Below are positions 36,801-44,831 of a stretch of 64,000 bases of DNA, one piece after another. The DNA lies in NCBI GenBank assembly GCA_039028615.1, contig JBCCHT010000010.1, positions 1-64,000 of the forward strand, given 5' to 3'. The stretch is from Myxococcota bacterium (GTDB lineage Bacteria; Myxococcota_A; Polyangia; Nannocystales; Nannocystaceae). Both the position numbers and the translations under genes were made by a program. The notes under the pieces are model-generated. The model saw nothing but the letters and a program-made list of their open reading frames with translations, made no database searches and was not told the DNA's origin. How positions within the stretch are numbered: the first letter of the stretch is position 1; each line of letters opens with the position of its first letter.

Positions 36801-37352
36801 CGAGCCACGGTGGCGGCCTTCGACGCCCGCGGGCTCCAAGTGGCCACCGATGCCGCCGACTACCCCGCCGAGGCCCAGTTCCTGCTCGCCGAGTATGCGC
36901 TGGGGGATGTGCTCGGCCGCAAGATCACGGGTACGGGCAAGAAGTTCGATCGGGAGACCAAGGCGCTGTTCGATGCGCTGGTGGTGGCGACGTCGGCGTA
37001 CGACAACGTCTTCCCCTATCGGCGTCTCGACTGGGTGTTGGCCGCGATGTTCCGCCGGGGCTTCGCCTTCGAGACCACGGCCATCGCGGTGCGGGAGGCC
37101 CCCGTACCCAACAAGCTCAAGGAGTACTCCGAGGCTTGGTTCGCCTACAAAGACCTCGTGGAGGCCTTCGCCGCGCGCACGGAGACCAAAGCGATCGAGC
37201 TTTACATCCTGACGGTGACGAAGAGCAAGGAGGCCAACATCGCCAACGAGTGGACTCGCTCGGCGCTGGAACGGCTCAACATCTATCGACCCGAGGACTT
37301 CCCGCTGCTGCGGACTCCGGCCCTCGATCTACAGCTGGAGGACCGACGATGA
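33894..37352 (+). CDS. Large secreted multi-TPR protein (GltD/AgmU-like, 1152 aa)
   Basis: GTG start at 33894 (GGAGGAG SD). Many TPRs. C-terminal NEWTRSALERLNIYRPEDFP resembles GltD-family ends. Confidence 0.8.
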   Translation: MSARRWSFGLGLLAITAASSPAWALPREEGPRESRIEPRPGEPGSGKGLEQQIKSTEAGKLKAPLPLRPADDKEADALEDLEKFADRYRRGHDATAHTIAQLLIIESSKGRHSLEEQYQRQIRDHEASARKMRALAIQRYEDFLELHPNDATWTPEVTFRLAELHFETATDRLARQEEAFEKELEAYEEAIKKDPNAPPPASPNPDYSASVAMYRDVATRFPHYHLVDSALYMMGTLLYDMEDFDGARQSYLALACSNRYEAPFADGTNAVDSTNFRRGDYGECNPLNEESSFVAEAWLRVGEIHYDFDQHDPAIEAYSQVLKDPEGDLYDEALIRMASTLYLKRSFPEAADKFDEFVRYADAHKGEAKADGAVGLRGDAIKYLAKTYVEEDWDLDGRRDRVWGFARLDRDYRERGNERHVPEIYAALGDLFAIQTEFLKAIDIWKTTLRRWPMTPAAPKIQLRILSAYNLLQDEAGARSARDALATNYLRGTKWFYANESDPDVVEEALALAEEALVHTAIDHHTQAQALRAEGDKAGAKAEYEIAARAYEAYLERFPDTPTSYENRFNFAESLYYSEQFEKAADQYGQVRDSNIDNRLQEDAASGAVLAFEAFVEQETQAGRLTLPDMPGQDTEGPFDAVEMPELLMAMQVAYDSFVDVLPDSEQTPAMMVLAGELSQRYYQFEDAERRFVRVLDEHCEENAAIRAGTAIVDGYVAREELEAAREWTDQLLERGCGEGDEKEQFAGKLKTLGNAVRFQEASLLYEAGEFEAAADRFVALVDQAPKDDNAAAALNNAAVCYENIGRFSSASQTYKRIYTSYPDSDFADDALLRTGFNHSRFFEFDKAVGSYLILAEDDHYKDSEHREVALRNAADLLDSLQDYKRSSDFYKRYAEQAANEADAGEAMFKAAKVLGKTEDKAATITAYQNFLVQYGDKPDQAERAVEAELRIGQAYAAQGNRKRAEEHYRATVAAFDARGLQVATDAADYPAEAQFLLAEYALGDVLGRKITGTGKKFDRETKALFDALVVATSAYDNVFPYRRLDWVLAAMFRRGFAFETTAIAVREAPVPNKLKEYSEAWFAYKDLVEAFAARTETKAIELYILTVTKSKEANIANEWTRSALERLNIYRPEDFPLLRTPALDLQLEDRR

Positions 37353-39292
37353 ACCGCTGGACCCTGGGCCTTCCACTGGGCCTCGTCGGCGTGCTGCTGG
37401 CGGGCTGCCCTGGCCCCGACACTCAGAAGACCGAGACCCCCGACGGGCCCTCCGAGCTCAACGAGGACGTGCTCATCGGCTCGACCGACGACGAGCCCGC
37501 CGAGGAGGTCGACCCCGAGCTCGCGGCCAAGCAGGCGGCGGCCAAGGAGGTGCTCGAGAAGGTCAAGGACCGCGACCCCGAAGAGGAGCGCAAGAAGCTC
37601 GAGCGCTCGCACGCGATCAGCCAGCAGGCGCAGGCCAAGCTCACCAAGGGCCAGTACACCGACGCGGTCAAGACGGCCCGCCAGGCGCTCAAGGTGCACG
37701 AGCAGAACGTCGACGCGATGCTCGTGTTCGCCGAGGTCTACTACAAAGAGGGCAAGTTCGAGCTCGTCCGGGCGGTCACCAGCTCCGCCCTGCAGATCGA
37801 CGCCAAGATTCGCACCCCCGAAGAGACCTCGCGGGCCTACAACCTCCAGGGCTTCGCCATGCTGGCCATGGGCGAAGACCAGGGGGCGACGCGCTCCTTC
37901 AAGAAGGCGGCCGAGGTCGACGAGAAGAACGCGGCCGCCTGGAACAACCTGGGCACCCGCTATCTCGACGTCGGTGACGTGCCCACGGCCACCGCGTGCT
38001 TCGAGTATGCGATCGAGCTCGAGCCGCGCTTTTACAAGGCACACCTGAACTACGGGGCGGCGTTGCGGGCGAGCCGAAACTGGGAAGCGGCCGAGGCGGC
38101 CATGCGCAAGGCGCTGGAGCTGCGGCCCAACTACCCCGAGGCCTACTTCAACCTCGGCGTGCTCTACCTCGACGCCGATCCCTTCCCGGGCCTGGACACG
38201 ACGCAGCGGCTCAACAAGGTCATCGGGAACCTCAGCAAGTTTCAGAAGCTGGCCGTCGACGACGACAAGGCCAAGACGCGCGCGGGCACGCCGGGGCTGG
38301 CGGCGGCCGGGGCCAATGCTCCACCGCCGCGAGTGAGCAAGGCCAGAGCCGAAGACTTCATTCGCGTCGCCAAAAAGGGGCTCGAAAAAGAGGGGCGTCG
38401 ACTCGATCGCGCCAAAGAGCGAGAGGCCAAGAACGCCGCCGAAGCAGCCGAGGCGGCGGCCGCCGAGGCAACGGCAGCCGAAGCCGCGGCGGCGGGAGGC
38501 GAAGCCGGGGCACCGACCGAGGCCGGCGCCGAGACGCCGGGCGAAGGCGGAGCGACCGATCCGGCCCAGCCCTCGCCGCAGGGGCCGAACCAACCGGAGC
38601 CCGCCAGCCCGACGCCGCAGGGTCCACAGCAGCCGGGTTCGGGTGAGCCGGCCGAGCCGACTCCGAGCGACCCCGCACCGACGCAGCCGGCCAAGCCGAC
38701 ACCGACGCAGCCGGCCAAGCCGACGCCGACACAGCCGGCCAAGCCGACGCCGACGCAGCCGGCCAAGCCGACGCCGACACAGCCGGCCAAGCCCGCGCCG
38801 ACACAGCCGGCCAAGCCCGCACCGACGCAGCCGGCCAAGCCCGCACCGACGCAGCCGGCCAAGCCCGCACCGACGCAGCCGGCCAAGCCCGCGCCCACGC
38901 AGCCAGCCAAGCCCGCGCCGACGCAGCCGGCCAAGCCCACGCCGGCTCCTCCTCCGGCCCAGAAGCCCTCGCCGCAGAAACCTCAGTCCGCCTCGCTGCG
39001 TGCAGGGGAGGCGATGCACCCACATGGCGCTTCAAAAAAACTTGGGCTCCAATGGGCATCGCGTGGAACCCGCTCGACTCCGTCGACACTAAACTCGATG
39101 GAGGCTGGCGTCGTCGGGATGTCCCGTGTCGACTACGCCCTGGTTCGTGATGCCTTGGGTCGCACCCCTGATTCGATTTCGGTGCCGACCTGGTTCGCCG
39201 TTTCCGATGGCGATCGATTCAACAACGCGTCGATGTTCGCCCCATCGATCACTTCCCGGTCTTTGCCCCGGTACGGATCCACGACGACATGA
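37349..39292 (+). CDS. TPR lipoprotein (GltE/AglT-like) with Pro-rich repeat tail
   Basis: ATGA overlap, lipobox LLAGC. TPRs (AAAWNNLG, AHLNYG, EAYFNLGVLYLDADP). Confidence 0.8.
   Translation: MNRWTLGLPLGLVGVLLAGCPGPDTQKTETPDGPSELNEDVLIGSTDDEPAEEVDPELAAKQAAAKEVLEKVKDRDPEEERKKLERSHAISQQAQAKLTKGQYTDAVKTARQALKVHEQNVDAMLVFAEVYYKEGKFELVRAVTSSALQIDAKIRTPEETSRAYNLQGFAMLAMGEDQGATRSFKKAAEVDEKNAAAWNNLGTRYLDVGDVPTATACFEYAIELEPRFYKAHLNYGAALRASRNWEAAEAAMRKALELRPNYPEAYFNLGVLYLDADPFPGLDTTQRLNKVIGNLSKFQKLAVDDDKAKTRAGTPGLAAAGANAPPPRVSKARAEDFIRVAKKGLEKEGRRLDRAKEREAKNAAEAAEAAAAEATAAEAAAAGGEAGAPTEAGAETPGEGGATDPAQPSPQGPNQPEPASPTPQGPQQPGSGEPAEPTPSDPAPTQPAKPTPTQPAKPTPTQPAKPTPTQPAKPTPTQPAKPAPTQPAKPAPTQPAKPAPTQPAKPAPTQPAKPAPTQPAKPAPTQPAKPTPAPPPAQKPSPQKPQSASLRAGEAMHPHGASKKLGLQWASRGTRSTPSTLNSMEAGVVGMSRVDYALVRDALGRTPDSISVPTWFAVSDGDRFNNASMFAPSITSRSLPRYGSTTT
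38678..38941 (+). repeat. 11 x 24-bp coding tandem repeat (PTQPAKP[T/A])
   Basis: CCGACGCAGCCGGCCAAGCC... units, 38678-38941, inside the GltE-like CDS. Confidence 0.95.
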
Positions 39293-39411
39293 GTGCAACT
39301 CCACACGATCTCCGACGCGGCCTTCGTGACTTCCTCACTCGCGGTGGTCTTGGCCGTAGCGAACGGCACCCTTCGATCAGGATCGAGGCGAATACCAGCG
39401 AAGAATCGGAA

Positions 39412-40230
39412 ATGATGATGCCGTTTGGTGGCCGTGGAAGGGCAACGGGACGCCGTATTCCCCTGGTTTGCGTCTTGGCAGCGGCGGGTGTTTTCGCTAT
39501 GGTGCTCACCTCGCAACCTGTGTACGGTCAGCCCCCACATCGGGGCCAAAGCCCGAACCCCTCGCCCAGGGGGTCGGAGTTGGTGAACACCCCCACGAAA
39601 CGTCCGACGTCTGCCTCGCAGGCATCGAAGGCTTCGTCGACGGCGTCTGCCGAGCGCCCCGCCCGAACAGCTCGAGTCGAAGGTGTTGAACGAATGGATC
39701 GTTCGACGACCCCGCGACGTGCGTCGCACACGGCTCGCTCTTCGGCCTCGACTCGCTCGACCGCGAGTGATCGCCCGACGAATGCTCGGCGACGTTCGCC
39801 GGTGCGTTCGGCCGTTCGCACCTCACCGACTTCTCGGCGCACACGACGATCGGACGCCTCAGCCCCGACCACGACGTCGGCACGCGTCGATCGGCCCGCC
39901 GCGACCAACGACGCCGACGAGCCGGTGCGCGTCGCGATGCGCACCGTGACCGCCGCGCCCTCGCGCGCTGAAGGTCCTGCGAGCACCGAGCCATCTACCA
40001 CGCGTGGGGAAGAGCCCACGTCCCGCCGCGAACGTCGCGAGAGGCGATCGTCCGGCACCAGCTCCGGCACTCGAACTGTGATCACGGATGAATTCCGGAT
40101 CGAGGGGAAGCTCGAGAAGCCGAGCGCTTACTTCATCCTGCGGCGTTCGTCGCTCGACTATGACTGGGCACGACTCGACGCCAAGTTTTCACCTTTGGTG
40201 CTTGAGTCCGTCCAGGATCCTTTGTTCTAA
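39412..40230 (+). CDS. GltF/CglF-like protein with long R/S/T-rich low-complexity insert
   Basis: C-terminal ITDEFRIEGKLEKPSAYFILRRSSLDYD...F...LESV resembles the GltF motif. N-terminal hydrophobic helix. Start uncertain (39289-39418). Confidence 0.65.
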   Translation: MMMPFGGRGRATGRRIPLVCVLAAAGVFAMVLTSQPVYGQPPHRGQSPNPSPRGSELVNTPTKRPTSASQASKASSTASAERPARTARVEGVERMDRSTTPRRASHTARSSASTRSTASDRPTNARRRSPVRSAVRTSPTSRRTRRSDASAPTTTSARVDRPAATNDADEPVRVAMRTVTAAPSRAEGPASTEPSTTRGEEPTSRRERRERRSSGTSSGTRTVITDEFRIEGKLEKPSAYFILRRSSLDYDWARLDAKFSPLVLESVQDPLF

Positions 40231-40458
40231 TCTCGGCTTAGGTCGCACCCACTTTTGGGGATTCGCAGGACTACCAGTTTCTTTCAACAAAGCCTCCGAG
40301 GGATAGCGCTCTCCGCGCGCGAGAGCACGACCCAAGCAGCCGACGTGGCATGCATCGGAGCAACACCAACCAACGAAAACCGGGCACATCGACGTGCCGC
40401 CCGGTGCAAGAGGGGACCATGGGAAGGCTCCCCGATCTTTTGAGGAGGACACACGGTC

Positions 40459-41091
40459 ATGGACAATTTCGCTGAGTTTTACCAGGACGGCGGCGTATGG
40501 ATGCACTTCATCGCGCTCACCGCCATCATGGGCGCGGGCGTCACGATTGAGCGCTTCATCTTCTTGTTCTTCCGCTTCAACATCAACGGCGGCCAGTTCT
40601 TCAACCAGATTCAAAAGCTGGTGATGGCCAACAACATCGACCGCGCGATCAAGCTGTGCAACGCCGCCGACAAGGCAGCGCTCGCCCGCGTGATCAAGGC
40701 CGGGCTCACCCGCGCCAACAAGAGCGAGGCCGACATTGCCGCCGCGATCGAGGAGGCGACCCTCGAGGTCGGTCCCGCGATTGGCAAGCGCGTTCCGATG
40801 ATCTCGGCGCTCGCGAACATCGCGACTCTGCTCGGTCTGTTGGGCACCATCTTCGGCATGATCTCGGCGTTCAAGGCGGTTGCTACCGTCTCCGCCGACC
40901 AGCGCGCCACCGCGCTGGCGAAGGGCATCTCCATCGCCATCAACACCACCGGCTTCGGTCTGTTGGTCGCGATTCCGCTGCTCGCCATGCACATCTTCAT
41001 CTCGAACCTGGCCAAGAAGATCTCCGACGAGGTCGACCTGTACGCGGTCAAGCTCGAGAACCTCCTGTCGGCTCGGGTCCGTCAGGGATAG
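40459..41091 (+). CDS. MotA/TolQ/ExbB proton channel subunit (AglR-like)
   Basis: ANIATLLGLLGTIFGMISAF, GISIAINTTGFGLLVAIP. GAGGAGG SD. Confidence 0.93.
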   Translation: MDNFAEFYQDGGVWMHFIALTAIMGAGVTIERFIFLFFRFNINGGQFFNQIQKLVMANNIDRAIKLCNAADKAALARVIKAGLTRANKSEADIAAAIEEATLEVGPAIGKRVPMISALANIATLLGLLGTIFGMISAFKAVATVSADQRATALAKGISIAINTTGFGLLVAIPLLAMHIFISNLAKKISDEVDLYAVKLENLLSARVRQG

Positions 41092-41185
41092 GCCGTGGCA
41101 TCCAGGCCCCCGCGTGCATGAGCATCGGGGTGCCTGGGTCCTCCCCTAGTAACCTGAGGATTTCCTCTTTTGAAGGAAGCGGGCC

Positions 41186-41761
41186 ATGGCTAGACGAAGA
41201 AAGAAGATGGACGAGGCTGAGGTTGAAGCAAACCTCATCCCGGTCATGAACGTCATGTTCCTCCTTATTCCGGCGCTTCTGCTCGCCATGGAGGTCGCTC
41301 GATTCGCGGCGGTGAATGTCTCGCCCCCGAAGTTTGCGGCCCAAGCGGACCAGAAGAAGGAAAAGGAAGACAAGGAGAAGCCACTCAACCTCAAGGTCTT
41401 CATCATGGATGACGGCTATCGGGTGAGTGCATCGGGCCAGCAACAAGGTGCCGAGGCCGGTAAGTCGGCCGACTCCGGAAAGCCGACGATTCCGTTGGCC
41501 AAGGCGGGTGCGCCGATCGACGACTTCGATCGCTACGACTACGCCAAACTCGAGGCCGAAGCGGCCAAGTACAAGAGCTTGTTCGCCCACGAGACGGTCG
41601 TGACCGTCAGTGCGGAAAACAGCATCCCAATGCAGGTCCTCATCAACACGATGGACGCCCTGCGGGGGTCAGAGTGCAAGCTACTCAAGGCGATGTCCGG
41701 CGAAGAAGTGCCTCCTGAGTGCTACTTCTGGCAGACCATCGTAGAGGCGGGAGCAGGCTGA
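41186..41761 (+). CDS. ExbD/TolR-family subunit (AglQ-like), Asn at the usual Asp position
   Basis: NLIPVMNVMFLLIPALL TM. C-terminal IPMQVLINTMDALR. Confidence 0.88.
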   Translation: MARRRKKMDEAEVEANLIPVMNVMFLLIPALLLAMEVARFAAVNVSPPKFAAQADQKKEKEDKEKPLNLKVFIMDDGYRVSASGQQQGAEAGKSADSGKPTIPLAKAGAPIDDFDRYDYAKLEAEAAKYKSLFAHETVVTVSAENSIPMQVLINTMDALRGSECKLLKAMSGEEVPPECYFWQTIVEAGAG

Positions 41762-41762
41762 C

Positions 41763-42299
41763 ATGACGCCAGAAGAGCTATTTCAAGCGAAGAAGGCGGC
41801 CAAGAAGGCAGCTCGTCGCAACAAGGCCGAGGAAGAGGGCAAGCTCAACATCACCTCGCTGATGGACATCGTTTCCATCATCGTCGTGTACCTGCTCAAG
41901 AGCTACGGCGCGGACCCGGTGGTCATCATGCCCACCGCGGGACAGAAGATCCCGATGTCCAAGGCCGACTCGCCCATCCAGGACGGCATCCCGGTCTACA
42001 TCTCCAAGCGATCGATCACCTTCAACAGCAAGAAGCTGGTCCAGATCGACGAGAACGGCGACATCGAAGCCGGGGCCTTGCAGGACAACCTCATCGGGCC
42101 GCTGTACGACTCGATGGCGGAGGAGGCCGACAAGGCCAAGCAGATGGCTGCCAACCAGGGCAAAGAGGACGGCTGGAGTGGCCGCATCATCCTGGTGGGC
42201 GACCAGAACCTGAAGTTCTCGACCTTGGTCGCGGTGATGTACACCGCGGGTCGAGCGGAGTTCCGCGAGTACGCATTCTGCGTGATTCAGAACTCCTAG
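41763..42299 (+). CDS. ExbD/TolR-family subunit (AglS-like)
   Basis: LNITSLMDIVSIIVVYLLKS. GDQNLKFSTLVAVMYTAGRAEF. Confidence 0.9.
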   Translation: MTPEELFQAKKAAKKAARRNKAEEEGKLNITSLMDIVSIIVVYLLKSYGADPVVIMPTAGQKIPMSKADSPIQDGIPVYISKRSITFNSKKLVQIDENGDIEAGALQDNLIGPLYDSMAEEADKAKQMAANQGKEDGWSGRIILVGDQNLKFSTLVAVMYTAGRAEFREYAFCVIQNS

Positions 42300-42326
42300 G
42301 CGGAGCACCTTTGGGCACGTCGACGA

Positions 42327-42356
42327 CGGCCGGATCTGCGAACGCGGGTCCGGCCG
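42327..42356 (+). terminator. Hairpin after the motor genes
   Basis: CGGCCGGATCTGCG-AA-CGCGGGTCCGGCCG followed by a T-rich tract. Confidence 0.5.
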
Positions 42357-42630
42357 CTCTTGCGTTTTCTGCGCGGACCGTTTGGGACCTCAATTTGTGG
42401 TGATCCGTGTGACGGATTTACCCCTCAGGGGGCATAAACGATCAGCCGACCATGCCCGGAGGAAACTGACGTCACGGTCGCGCGTGGACCACTGGAGCCG
42501 GCAAGTTCCGTGTCCTCCTCCTTGGTCCGGCCCAGCGCCGAAGCTATGCTCCGCAGCGATAGTTCTCGGTAGGTAGTCCACAAAGCGTATTTTGCGCATT
42601 GCTTAGTAGCTGCTAAAACCTTCAAAGCTG

Positions 42631-43971
42631 ATGTCTAGCTCCAAGCCCCGCCAATCGAAGGTGCTGCGCGTCGCGGTCGTCGTCGACGATTTGGTGTGCG
42701 ACGAGATCCATCAGCACGAAGCGGGCTCGATCTCCGTCGGCAGCGATTACCGGAGCGATGTGATCCTCTTCGGGTCCCGAGCTCCGCGGCAGCATCAGCT
42801 CTTCGACTACAACGGGGGCGCGTTCTATCTCGACCTGCCGACGAACGTGCGCGGCAAGGTGATGATGGGCCGCAAGGCGTTCACCGTGGGGAGCCTGCGC
42901 AAGCGCTTCGCCAAGGGTGATCGCCTGCGGGTCAAGCTCAGCCCCCGGGCCAAGGGCAAGCTGCTCATCGGCGACAGCACGGTGATGTTCCAGTTCGCCG
43001 CGCCCAAGAAGCTCCCGCCTCGTTTGCCCTTCCCCGTGCAGTTCAAGCCCCGCGTGGGCGAGCTGTGGGGTCGTCGCGAGCTGTCCACGCTGGCCGCCTC
43101 TGCGCTCGGCCTCGGCTCGTACTTCACCTGGGCGGCGACCGCCGAGTACGACAGCAGCTTCAACCTCGACCAGATCGACGAGCGCTTCGTCCGTGCGATG
43201 GAGCTGGTCGAAGAGAAGGAAGACGAGCCGGTCCCCGAGGAGGAAGACCAGGATGACAAGCTCGCCGAAGAGGACGAGGAGAAGGAAAAAGAGGTCAAGG
43301 AGAAGCCCAAGCCCGATCCCAAGAAGCTCGACAAGAAGCCGGAGAAATTCTCCAAGCAGGCGATGAAGCAGGCGCGCAACGTCGGCATCGCGCGCGTGCT
43401 GGGAACCTACGGCGGTCCGGGCGAGGGCACCGTGCTCGACGTCATCGAGAGCACCGAGAACAACTTGGGCGACCTGTTCGCGCAGGGCATGACCACCACG
43501 ATGCTGGCCGACGGCGGGGACATCACGCCCTTCGTGCCGGGCGGCGAGGGCATCTCGCTGGGCGGCAGCATGGCCGGCACCGAGGGCTTCGACATGGGCG
43601 AAGGCCCCGAGCTCGAGAAGAAGGTCGAAAAGCGCGAGCGCAAGGTCAAGGGCCGCACCAAGGCGACCAAGACCGACGTCTTCGGCGATGTCGACGCCAA
43701 GGGCATCAAGGCCCAGATCTCGCGGAGAACCAGCGCGCTGCAGCACTGCTACAACAAGGAACTCCGCACCCAGCCCGAGCTGGCCGGCAAGATGACCTAC
43801 ACGATCTCCATCAGCAAGATGGGCAGCGTCACCTCGGTCGCCATCGAGGAAGACACGGTCGGCAGCTCGCGGGTCAAGACCTGTACCCAGGCCAAGATGC
43901 GGGGCTGGCGATTCGGCACTCAAGAGGACAGCGGTGAGGTCACCTTCACCGTGGTATTTTCGGGTAGTTGA
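42631..43971 (+). CDS. GltG/PglI-like TonB-type transducer (AgmX/PglI C-terminal domain)
   Basis: Beta-rich cytoplasmic N-domain, one TM, E/K/P linker, Gly-rich region. LQHCYNKELRTQPELAGK...VKTCTQAKMRGWRF C-domain. Confidence 0.85.
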   Translation: MSSSKPRQSKVLRVAVVVDDLVCDEIHQHEAGSISVGSDYRSDVILFGSRAPRQHQLFDYNGGAFYLDLPTNVRGKVMMGRKAFTVGSLRKRFAKGDRLRVKLSPRAKGKLLIGDSTVMFQFAAPKKLPPRLPFPVQFKPRVGELWGRRELSTLAASALGLGSYFTWAATAEYDSSFNLDQIDERFVRAMELVEEKEDEPVPEEEDQDDKLAEEDEEKEKEVKEKPKPDPKKLDKKPEKFSKQAMKQARNVGIARVLGTYGGPGEGTVLDVIESTENNLGDLFAQGMTTTMLADGGDITPFVPGGEGISLGGSMAGTEGFDMGEGPELEKKVEKRERKVKGRTKATKTDVFGDVDAKGIKAQISRRTSALQHCYNKELRTQPELAGKMTYTISISKMGSVTSVAIEEDTVGSSRVKTCTQAKMRGWRFGTQEDSGEVTFTVVFSGS

Positions 43972-43973
43972 GC

Positions 43974-44579
43974 ATGAGGAATCACTCGCGAATTTGGGCA
44001 GGAGTTTTCGGCGCGTGGCTGGTGCTCGGTGGCGCCAGTGGAGCGTTGGCCGAGCCGGAGGCACCCGCGGCCGCACCCGCCGAAGACCCGGCGGCCACTC
44101 CCGCCGCGACGCCCCGTGCTTCGAACGTCTCCGTGCCCAAGATCCGTCGCGACATGGAACAGAACATGTCCGAGCTGGGGGATCTCGCGTCCGATGCCAA
44201 ACGAGATTCCGATCTCGTGCGGGCGGCCTGCGTGCTCGACAAGCAAGAGCGGGCGCAGGGCGTCATGGAGCTGGCGACCGGCGAGATCCTGGTCATCCGC
44301 GACGAGGGTTCCAGCGCGGAGAGTAGGGGTTTCGCTGCCGAGAAACTCGAGGCCGCCTCCGACAGGCTCGATGGCCTGGTGGAGCAAGCCCGCGAGTGTG
44401 CGGGCGACAAGACGCCCGAGCTGTCCGACGACGAGACTCGCAACGAGCTCGACGAGCAGCCCACCATCCCCATCCCCGACCCCACCGTGGGCGGCGGGGC
44501 CGGAGGAGGCAAGCCGCCCGCCGTGCCGCCTCCCGTCGACGATGGCATGCCTCCGTCCGTGGGTAGCCCGAGCCTCTAG
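43974..44579 (+). CDS. Secreted helical hypothetical protein with two Cys
   Basis: Signal peptide, RAACVLDK and ARECAG, Pro-rich tail. Confidence 0.75.
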   Translation: MRNHSRIWAGVFGAWLVLGGASGALAEPEAPAAAPAEDPAATPAATPRASNVSVPKIRRDMEQNMSELGDLASDAKRDSDLVRAACVLDKQERAQGVMELATGEILVIRDEGSSAESRGFAAEKLEAASDRLDGLVEQARECAGDKTPELSDDETRNELDEQPTIPIPDPTVGGGAGGGKPPAVPPPVDDGMPPSVGSPSL

Positions 44580-44831
44580 GCTCCAGGGTTCGTCGGCGAT
44601 TGGCTCTGGGAAGCGCCACAAATTGCCTCGTCTCGTCGATTGATTGACTCGGGATGGTCAACTTCGTAGTGGCTCGAGAGTGATCGTGGCCGTGAACGTG
44701 CGTTCTCGCCGGAGTAGGTGGTCCCTGCGCCGATGATCACCGTGCCTCCATGCCGTTCTTCGGCTAGGCTCCGCAACGCGCGACTCGCGGGGCGAGGCGC
44801 CTCCTTGGACTTTCTCTTGAGGGCATCAGTC

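Noticed and set aside
33711..36839. 1042-aa minus-strand ORF, and similar long antisense or alternate-frame ORFs (e.g. 55550..59053, 55567..59151, 16276..17757, 13114..14601, 62211..63782)
   Set aside because: Shadow ORFs of well-supported genes, expected from high-GC codon bias. No motifs.
38678..38941. 24-bp tandem repeats as a CRISPR array
   Set aside because: No unique spacers. The units are in-frame codons with synonymous variation inside a CDS, and no cas genes are present.
42560..42630. Promoter/operator for the GltG-like gene (AT-rich, near-palindrome TTAGTAGCTGCTAA)
   Set aside because: Suggestive, but no recognisable -35/-10 or sigma54 consensus could be fixed by eye.
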